The translations under genes and the position numbers were made by a program. Below, in pieces: positions 17,783-24,853 of a stretch of 50,382 bases of DNA. The DNA comes from a virus (taxonomy: Duplodnaviria; Caudoviricetes), in the IMG/VR virus record IMGVR_UViG_3300037634_004340, positions 1 to 50,382 of that record; one strand, given 5' to 3'. The notes beneath the pieces were generated by a model, which ran no database searches, was not told the origin of the DNA, and was given only the letters and a program-made list of their open reading frames with translations. Positions within the stretch are counted from its first letter, which is position 1. Each line of letters starts with the position of its first letter.

Positions 17783-18163
17783 AGATGAAAGCGTTATAAT
17801 TAAAGAATAATTAACTTTATTTATAATGACTTAGAAACCTGTGTATTGTACGAAGATTGCAAGCAGGTAATCAGTTAGAGTAGTTGTACTCGCTCCGGTT
17901 ATCAAATGATAAAGAGAACGATTAATCAACGAACTGATGTAGTGTGATAAAAAGACTGATAGTCTTCAACCTTATTAGATGTGTTTACGCCAACTCTCTC
18001 TGCGGGCTGCACATACTTTCAATTAACTGTGATGGTTATAAGCAATGTATTACCTCAGCTAGGTGATATAAGTTTAGAGCGACAGCTTAAAGGAAGGATA
18101 AGGAAGCAATTATGAGAGCGCATTTACAAGTATATCAGAGTCTTGTCTAAGATTCTTTCATCT
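17783..18163 (+). ncRNA. Large (~380 nt) multibranch structured RNA candidate
   Basis: Terminal 9-bp stem AGATGAAAG/CTTTCATCT, nested CTTAGA/TCTAAG and many internal helices; no ORF of 60 aa or more. Confidence 0.55.
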
Positions 18164-18197
18164 TTAACTTTAAGTTGTCAATGTTATTAAAATAAAT

Positions 18198-18297
18198 GGA
18201 GCTTTCATAGAGGAATCATAGAGTTGTTGATTTTCAATTCTACCCAGGATAAAGATGTGTTGATTTTCATATCTCCTATGCTCAAGGTTGAAAGTCC
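18198..18297 (+). ncRNA. Twin-hairpin RNA with identical UUGAUUUU loops
   Basis: TAGAGTTG-TTGATTTT-CAATTCTA and AGATGTG-TTGATTTT-CATATCT, enclosed by CATAG/CTATG and CTTTCA/TGAAAG. Confidence 0.6.
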
Positions 18298-18588
18298 TAT
18301 ATAATTAACGATTTGAAATATGTATACATTAAGTTGAGGGATTACGAGCCCAAGTATACAAAACTTGCTAGCATGCCAAGGGAGAGACTTATGAAATCAC
18401 CGGTGGGTGAGATCCAAGCATGCTAAACATTAACACCATTCTAATGGTGTTCGGCTATGGAGGAAAGTGAGGTGTTCTAACGTATTTCGCTACCTAGGAT
18501 AATAAAAATTCTTTAATGAGGTATATTACCCAGAAAAAGAACCTTAAACCCTCCTCGCTGTGATTTTATATAAAAAAAAAGAGGTGTA

Positions 18589-18714
18589 ATGATAGAATAT
18601 TATATAGCAATTATGATTGGATTTATAGCAGGTTATTTTGTAGCCTGTTTAATGATGATAGCAAAAGGAAATACAAAAATAGATATGGATGTCCATAGCT
18701 GGAGAAATAAATGA
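18589..18714 (+). CDS. Small single-pass membrane protein (41 aa)
   Basis: GAGGTG RBS; MIEYYIAIMIGFIAGYFVACLMMIAK hydrophobic helix. Confidence 0.6.
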   Translation: MIEYYIAIMIGFIAGYFVACLMMIAKGNTKIDMDVHSWRNK

Positions 18715-18881
18715 GACAATTTAAACGAAAAAAAGAAATCCATCATCAACCTTGTGAGAATTATAATTGTATTAATTATTATAATACTTTATATAAGGAT
18801 GCTAATGGTAAGTGTAAGCCTTGTAATATCGTAGAAAAGGCTAAATCTAAAACAACCAATAAGGAGCTAAATGTTAGTTAA
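18711..18881 (+). CDS. Small Cys4 zinc-finger-like protein (56 aa)
   Basis: GGAG RBS, ATGA overlap, C-x4-C-x14-C-x2-C. Confidence 0.5.
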   Translation: MRQFKRKKEIHHQPCENYNCINYYNTLYKDANGKCKPCNIVEKAKSKTTNKELNVS

Positions 18882-19254
18882 AAAGCAGGAAAAAATAAGT
18901 GCTAGAGGTACAACTTTATATCCATTAAGAAGTAATGTACCAGCACCAGTTACAATTGAAAATACTAGATTATTAGGTTTTGTTAAAAGAAGAGCTGTTG
19001 ATTACATGCTTACAATGAAACGAGGCCAATCATTCTTAGTTGCAGGATTAACAAAAAAAGGTAATACTAAATTTGCAACAGTTAAAGAATGGATTAAAGA
19101 TGCACATAGACAATATTGTCGATTACATAAAATTGATGCTCCACGAGGAATAGATTTCTCAAAGAAAACTCCAATAGAATTTATAGCTCAAAATGTTGAG
19201 GATAAAATCCCAAAAGGAACTATAAAAGGAGTTAGAGTGTGGAGAGTAAAATAA
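18871..19254 (+). CDS. Small basic putative DNA-binding protein
   Basis: MKRGQSFLV...GVRVWRVK pattern seen in small phage DNA-binding proteins; AAGGAG RBS. Confidence 0.5.
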   Translation: MLVKKQEKISARGTTLYPLRSNVPAPVTIENTRLLGFVKRRAVDYMLTMKRGQSFLVAGLTKKGNTKFATVKEWIKDAHRQYCRLHKIDAPRGIDFSKKTPIEFIAQNVEDKIPKGTIKGVRVWRVK

Positions 19255-19453
19255 GAGGATCATGCGATAATTATCATAATTGCAATAGAGTCATACCTCC
19301 TCTGTTGTTACTTACAATGATCCTCTCCTATTCTTTAGGAAGCGAAATGAGGTAATTTATAAGGCAGATTCAGCAATTTAACATTGGAATTTTCATTTCC
19401 TCCAAACTTTGAGTCTGCCTTATTATTAACGGAATAAAAACGAAAGAAGAATT

Positions 19454-21370
19454 ATGAATGATATTATATCAATTTATAAACAAGGGCAAAATATACAATT
19501 GCCTAGTAATTTAGCTAATTTTAGAAATGTTACTATTTCAGATAGAGATAGAAGAGAGTATATATGTCAAAATCTAGGAATTATATTAAATTATTATTTA
19601 GGTTGGCATACAAGTACTGCATCTTTTGAAGCCGGAATTATTGCAACAGGTGACATGAATCAGTATCAATTAGAAAAATATAATAGTATTGCACCTATTC
19701 GTATTACTCCTTCATTTAGATTGGCCCCGGGTGAAGCAAAAAGAGTAGCTCAAAGATTAAAGTATGTACCAATGGTATGGTCAAAAGTAAGACATGGTTG
19801 GTATAGTAACTGTGATAGATATATAAAAGCTAATGAAGATCTTATTGTTAAAGATACTCAAACTCCTAGTGTTATAATTAATAAATATAAATTTAGAGGA
19901 AGTAGAAATAACTCCTTTAGAAATAATAATATAGATGTTAATACTGAGTTTTGGAATCTTCAAAGTGAACATTGGGAACAATCTACACAGAGAAGTGAAC
20001 AAAGTAGAATTGAAAATACTTATTATCATAGTAATAGAGATAGAGCATATGAGGATCTTTATTTAAGAGATTTTATTAATCCAAATACAGGAAATAATAA
20101 TTGGAGATATAGTTGGGATAGAAATTCATCTTCAGAATCATCACTTATAAACTTACAACATTATACAATTCAAAGTTTTTGTGCTGATGTGTTCAATTTA
20201 CTTAAAGAATCATTAACAATTAGAAGAAATACTCCTGAAATAGAATATAATGATGAAGAAGATTATACTCAAATGAGAGAGTTTCTTCTTAATCAAATAT
20301 CTGAAATTGATAGATGTAACACAATTGTTGAAAATATAGCAAGTATAAGAGAAGTGATATTAACTAAGTATCGAGGTTCTATTAAAATGTATATGAAATT
20401 TATATTAGAAGAACCACATATTGATATTAGTCATCCTTCTGGTAGCAGTGAGTATTCTTCTGTAACTAGGAATATAAAAGATATTAATGGTAATATTTCT
20501 GATTTCATAGGAGTTATTCAATTTGAATTAAGTCTTATAAATAATAAATTTAGAAGAAGAAATGTTATATTTTGTGGATATAATGATAATTCTCATGTAA
20601 ATCCTGGATTATATAATACAGCTAATCGTGATTCAAGAATAGCTAGAGTTATTAGAGGTATATTTAATTGTTTTACTTTAGATAGTCTCCAAAATAATAC
20701 TTGTCTTAGTGAATATGAACATGATATTATGTCTTCTATTAAAAGATTAGACTATTTAACAATGCTTATTAATATTGTTAGCTGGTATACTGTTTATGTA
20801 CCAGGTAGAACTAATCCTTATAGACATCCAAGACAATTATTCTTTGGTATTCCAAATGATATTCCTGAATGGTATAAAAGTCAGCATGATAGTAGTGTTG
20901 CAGCATGCGAAGCTCTTGTTATGACTGAATATGGTACAGGAGAAGCACGAAATGATAGTGAAACAGATATACTTAGACGTGTTACTGATGATAATTTAAA
21001 AGCATTATTGTTAAATCATTGTCATAATTGTTTTCATAATACTGATTGTCGTGTTAATTCTTATGCAAAAGGGATTGTTTATGGTGACAATGAAGTTGCT
21101 TATCAAGAAGCATTAATAGCACGTGAAGGGGCAATACAAATGCAAGAAGCGCTTGATCCTGGTGTAGCAGCTAGAGAGATTGAAGAAGAATCTGAATTAA
21201 GTCACAGTGAAGTTCAAGAGATTATTGAAGAAATTGTTGATACAGATCCTAGGCCTGCACATAGAAGAGTTGAACAGGTTATAGAATATGATGATCATGT
21301 AGTTCCGATTGAAACTGATCAAGAACGTACAATGAGATTAATGTCCGCCTGGAGTCAGGCAGAAAGGTAA
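19454..21370 (+). CDS. Large protein with a putative divergent E2 (UBC-like) domain and a Cys-rich region
   Basis: Beta-strands, then HVNP...NTCLSEY (Cys417), helices and SWY..Y...TNPY; distal C...CHNC..C; first gene of the JAB/E1/Ubl operon. The E2 call rests mainly on context. Confidence 0.45.
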   Translation: MNDIISIYKQGQNIQLPSNLANFRNVTISDRDRREYICQNLGIILNYYLGWHTSTASFEAGIIATGDMNQYQLEKYNSIAPIRITPSFRLAPGEAKRVAQRLKYVPMVWSKVRHGWYSNCDRYIKANEDLIVKDTQTPSVIINKYKFRGSRNNSFRNNNIDVNTEFWNLQSEHWEQSTQRSEQSRIENTYYHSNRDRAYEDLYLRDFINPNTGNNNWRYSWDRNSSSESSLINLQHYTIQSFCADVFNLLKESLTIRRNTPEIEYNDEEDYTQMREFLLNQISEIDRCNTIVENIASIREVILTKYRGSIKMYMKFILEEPHIDISHPSGSSEYSSVTRNIKDINGNISDFIGVIQFELSLINNKFRRRNVIFCGYNDNSHVNPGLYNTANRDSRIARVIRGIFNCFTLDSLQNNTCLSEYEHDIMSSIKRLDYLTMLINIVSWYTVYVPGRTNPYRHPRQLFFGIPNDIPEWYKSQHDSSVAACEALVMTEYGTGEARNDSETDILRRVTDDNLKALLLNHCHNCFHNTDCRVNSYAKGIVYGDNEVAYQEALIAREGAIQMQEALDPGVAAREIEEESELSHSEVQEIIEEIVDTDPRPAHRRVEQVIEYDDHVVPIETDQERTMRLMSAWSQAER

Positions 21371-21373
21371 GAT

Positions 21374-22312
21374 ATGGATGATAAATTCATAATGGCCCAA
21401 AAAGACTGGGATAAAATTATAGCTTATTCAAAAATGAGTTATGACAAATGGAAAACTGAAATCGGCGGCATGTGTGTCGCCCTTTTCGATGAAAAAAATA
21501 AAATTATGGTTATTTCAGATCCTGTAATTGGTAAACAAGAAGTATCTAGTACTCTTTGTACATTAGATAAGGAATGGCTTGCTGATTATTATGTAGAAAT
21601 GGCTGTAAAATATGGTACAAAAGTTAGATTTGTTTGGTGGCATAGTCATCACACAATGGGTGTAAGTTGGAGTGGTACTGATACTGATACAATGCAAGAG
21701 TTTAATCAAGGTGATTACTCTATGTCTTTAGTAGTTAATTTAGCAGAAAATCATACATTTAGAATAAGCTGGTGGAAACCTACATCTGGATATATTGATA
21801 CTAAATTAAAAGTATTAAAACCTGAATTTCAAGTAACTAAAGAAATGCAAGGAATTTTTGATGAATTAGTTACAAGACCAGCAAAAAGTATTACTAAAAT
21901 TAATACTAATATTTATAATAATGGTTGGAGTAATGCAGGATGGAGAAATCAATATAAACAGCCAGGTAATTATGGTCCAGGTTATGTTGATGCTCAGTTG
22001 ATGGATAGAACACAGACTCTTCAAGAGAAGTTTTGCGATACAATGGAAAAACTTTTAGATGAGGCGTTTACATATCAAAAGAAATGGCCTGATTTTGAGG
22101 AAGAATGGAAAGAAATTATAATAGATGCTGGAAAGCATGATATAGTTATTGAAGAATTTCCTAAATCAGAATTTGTTGAACTTACAGTAAAAGGAGAATT
22201 TCCTGATGCAACAGACTACTTTGAAAGCCCTGACCCTGAACTCTTTCTCACAAGAGGATGTACCGATGGATATGGGAATCCGCTACAGGAAAATCTGTTC
22301 AGAAATAGATAA
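21374..22312 (+). CDS. JAB/MPN+ (JAMM) metalloisopeptidase
   Basis: Intact EIGG...WWHSHHTMGVSWSGTD (E, HxH, S, D) motif. Confidence 0.9.
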   Translation: MDDKFIMAQKDWDKIIAYSKMSYDKWKTEIGGMCVALFDEKNKIMVISDPVIGKQEVSSTLCTLDKEWLADYYVEMAVKYGTKVRFVWWHSHHTMGVSWSGTDTDTMQEFNQGDYSMSLVVNLAENHTFRISWWKPTSGYIDTKLKVLKPEFQVTKEMQGIFDELVTRPAKSITKINTNIYNNGWSNAGWRNQYKQPGNYGPGYVDAQLMDRTQTLQEKFCDTMEKLLDEAFTYQKKWPDFEEEWKEIIIDAGKHDIVIEEFPKSEFVELTVKGEFPDATDYFESPDPELFLTRGCTDGYGNPLQENLFRNR

Positions 22313-22934
22313 ACATCATTACAGCATATTTGGTTGCGGAGCTATAGGTAGTTCCGCAGCTGTATGTCTTGCTAAACATAATGCTAGGCATTTTTATCTT
22401 TATGATAATGATACAGTTAGTCCAGAAAATATAGGTATTAGTATGTTTAGAGAATTTGACATAGGTGAATCTAAAGTTGAATCTCTGAAGGAAATACTTG
22501 AAATAGGTGGAACTAATAGTAAAATACAAGTACAACCTCATAAAGAGTGGTTAGATCAAGATTCCGCCTTTACAAGTTATAAAGATGGACTTAATATTGG
22601 TATTTTATGTTTTGATAATATGTATTCTCGTAAAGAGATTGCAGGTATATGTTTTAGAGATAAGTTTAATTATATAATAGATGCACGTATGGGTCGTGAA
22701 CAGATTCAGTTGTATACTGTTAAAAATATTAAAACTTATGAAAAATATTGGTATCCTGATTTTCAAGCAAGTAGTGATACTTGTGAAGAAAAAGGAACAC
22801 CAGATGTTAGTATGATTTCCGGATCACTTATAACATCACAAATCAGGAAAATTGTTAATAAACAACCTTATCCTGAAGAAGTTTGCTTTCACATTCCTAG
22901 CATGGCGCTAGAATGTAATACCATGGTAAAATAA
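22206..22934 (+). CDS. ThiF/E1-like adenylyltransferase (likely start 22266)
   Basis: GCGAIGS nucleotide loop, YDNDTV..ENI, K, CFDN...R and IIDARMG; candidate thioester Cys in DTCEEK. Confidence 0.92.
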   Translation: MQQTTLKALTLNSFSQEDVPMDMGIRYRKICSEIDKHHYSIFGCGAIGSSAAVCLAKHNARHFYLYDNDTVSPENIGISMFREFDIGESKVESLKEILEIGGTNSKIQVQPHKEWLDQDSAFTSYKDGLNIGILCFDNMYSRKEIAGICFRDKFNYIIDARMGREQIQLYTVKNIKTYEKYWYPDFQASSDTCEEKGTPDVSMISGSLITSQIRKIVNKQPYPEEVCFHIPSMALECNTMVK

Positions 22935-22946
22935 CAAGGAGGGCTT

Positions 22947-23153
22947 ATGCCTAATATACACTTAATGCACAACTCTGATAGCTTTGATCCAACAGATACA
23001 GAAGCTGTAACAGTTGGTGCTCTTAAAACAGAGCTTGGTGTACCTTCCACTTCTAGAGTTAACGTGAATACTGCAGTTGCGCAAGATTCCACCACATTGA
23101 ATGATGGTGATATTGTTGCAGTAGTTACAAAAGACAAAAAAGGTGGAAGATAG
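22947..23153 (+). CDS. Ubiquitin-like (beta-grasp) protein ending GG-R
   Basis: 68 aa; TVGALK helix, VNVN, LNDGDIVAVV, C-terminal KKGGR; AAGGAGG RBS. Confidence 0.85.
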   Translation: MPNIHLMHNSDSFDPTDTEAVTVGALKTELGVPSTSRVNVNTAVAQDSTTLNDGDIVAVVTKDKKGGR

Positions 23154-23167
23154 TTAACCCTATCATT

Positions 23168-23198
23168 AAAGTCCTCGGAGATTATTTCGGGGACTTTT
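23168..23198 (+). terminator. Intrinsic terminator closing the ubiquitin-like operon
   Basis: AAAGTCCTCGGA-gattat-TTCGGGGACTTT followed by T. Confidence 0.75.
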
Positions 23199-23212
23199 AA
23201 TTAAAGGACAAT

Positions 23213-23449
23213 ATGTTAGAAATTAAAAAAGAATATGAAAAAACAATAGAATTTCCGATTAGAGGCAGAATATATAATGTTATTACTAATCAAGGTAATA
23301 TTTATAGAAGATTATATTTTGTAGGTTATAGTAATGGGGTTGCAAAACCTCAATATATTTTTAAAGAATTAAACGGAACTAGAGTAAGTATAAACCCATC
23401 TTATCAAGTAGAAATGTGTGAAACTGACATACCTGATAATATTGTATAA
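23213..23449 (+). CDS. Hypothetical protein
   Basis: 78-aa beta-rich ORF with AAGGA RBS. Confidence 0.6.
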   Translation: MLEIKKEYEKTIEFPIRGRIYNVITNQGNIYRRLYFVGYSNGVAKPQYIFKELNGTRVSINPSYQVEMCETDIPDNIV

Positions 23450-23471
23450 TAGGGTATATTCTTTGTATATT
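23442..23471 (+). promoter_or_regulatory. Putative promoter of the replication genes
   Basis: TTGTAT-N18-TATATT. Confidence 0.45.
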
Positions 23472-23508
23472 TAAAACCCCGCTAATTTTTAATTTAGGAA
23501 AATAGACG

Positions 23509-24204
23509 ATGTCAATCATAACAAAACGAACACAACCTCTTACAGTAAATCCAGGTTTAACTTTATTATATGGAAGTAGAAAAGCTGGTAAAACTACTAT
23601 GTTAGGAAAGCTAGACGATTGCTTAATAGTAGATACTGAAAGAGGTGCAAACTTTATTACAGGTGATATAGCTTCAATGGAAGGGCTTACAGATTTGAGA
23701 GATCTAGTCACTCATTTAGTTGGAGAACAATCAAAAGGTAATAAATATAAATATATAGCTCTTGATACTTTAAATAAAATAGTAGAATGGGCCGAAGAAG
23801 CAGTAGTATATCAACATAACCAAGCTAATCCAGGAGATAAAATTATATATTTTGGAGATTTATCTTATGGAAAAGGACATGCATTAGTTAGGGAGAAAAT
23901 TGATAAACTTATTGATACATTTATTACTTTAACTGATCATTTAATATTGATTGGTCATAATAAATTAGCTTCTGCTGTAAATGAAACTAGTACTTTAGTA
24001 GATCCTGCATCACTTAATTTAACTGGAAAGTTAAAGAATATGATAATGGCTAAATGCGATAGTATAGGTTATGTTTTTAGAGAAGATGAAGATAGCACAT
24101 TAAAAATATCTTTTAAATCTAATTCTGCTCTTGAAGCAGGATCAAGATGTGAACATTTAAAAGGTAAAGTGTTAGACTTTAAATGGGAAAATATCTTTAA
24201 ATAA
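23509..24204 (+). CDS. AAA_24/Sak4-like ATPase (single-strand annealing/recombination)
   Basis: LLYGSRKAGKTT, VDTERG, IALDT, YGKG, ILIGH, CDSIGY. Confidence 0.85.
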   Translation: MSIITKRTQPLTVNPGLTLLYGSRKAGKTTMLGKLDDCLIVDTERGANFITGDIASMEGLTDLRDLVTHLVGEQSKGNKYKYIALDTLNKIVEWAEEAVVYQHNQANPGDKIIYFGDLSYGKGHALVREKIDKLIDTFITLTDHLILIGHNKLASAVNETSTLVDPASLNLTGKLKNMIMAKCDSIGYVFREDEDSTLKISFKSNSALEAGSRCEHLKGKVLDFKWENIFK

Positions 24205-24217
24205 AACAGGAGATAAT

Positions 24218-24796
24218 ATGCTGGATATACCAGTTAAACGAACAGGCACTGGGAGTGGTCCTATTTATGTTAATAAAGCAACAGTAATAGATATTACAGC
24301 TGAAAAGGGAAAATATTCCGAAATTAGCTTAATTGTTAAAGCTGTTTTAGACAATGAACAGAAATGGGAACGTACATTTTATTTTAATGGTGGCTGGGAA
24401 AGAGATGAAGCAGGTAATATTATAGGATGGGGAGATATGGTTAAGCAAATTTTACCTTTCTTTCGATCTTTAAATATACCTGAAGACGTATTAACAAAAA
24501 TGGATGAAACGGGCATTAAGGGTGCCTTTGGAGATTGCCTTCAGAAAGATTTCTCTTTTATTAGTTATCTAAATGATGAAAATAAAAGTAGAACTTCTAA
24601 AATTGTAGGACCCGCTGATGATGATGACGCTTTAATTGAAAAATTCAAAGAACAACATAATTATTGGGGAAAGAGGGCAAAGAAAAAGCAATGGTGGCCT
24701 AAAGACTTTAAAGGTTTTACACCTTCAGATAAAGCTGATTTTCAAATGAATAACAGTTATACTGGAGATAGCGAAACAGCCTCTATTCCATTTTAA
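24218..24796 (+). CDS. Putative single-stranded DNA-binding protein
   Basis: Follows the Sak4-like gene; acidic tail ending SIPF. Confidence 0.6.
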   Translation: MLDIPVKRTGTGSGPIYVNKATVIDITAEKGKYSEISLIVKAVLDNEQKWERTFYFNGGWERDEAGNIIGWGDMVKQILPFFRSLNIPEDVLTKMDETGIKGAFGDCLQKDFSFISYLNDENKSRTSKIVGPADDDDALIEKFKEQHNYWGKRAKKKQWWPKDFKGFTPSDKADFQMNNSYTGDSETASIPF

Positions 24797-24808
24797 TTAA
24801 TCTATATT

Positions 24809-24851
24809 AACAGCGTTATATCTTGTAGTATATGTATAGCGCTGTTTTTTT
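24809..24851 (+). terminator. Intrinsic terminator
   Basis: AACAGCGTTATA/TATAGCGCTGTT stem followed by a T run. Confidence 0.75.
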
Positions 24852-24853
24852 AT

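Noticed and set aside
18519-18545. Hairpin ribozyme loop B, suggested by GGTATATTACC and AGAAA
   Set aside because: No correctly placed partner strand or loop A (AGAA with N^GUC) could be assembled
18459-18554. RNase P RNA, suggested by GAGGAAAGT
   Set aside because: The P4 continuation and its 3' partner are missing, and the element closes locally (GGAGG/CCTCC) in under 100 nt; kept only as a generic structured module
15895-19453. tRNA or tmRNA genes in the non-coding region
   Set aside because: No cloverleaf with a GTTCRA T-arm and acceptor stem was found by eye; tRNAscan-SE or ARAGORN would settle it
22206-23153. Ordinary ThiF/ThiS or MoeB/MoaD sulfur-carrier pair
   Set aside because: No cofactor biosynthesis genes, no paired CxxC motifs and an E2-like partner upstream; disfavoured but not formally excluded
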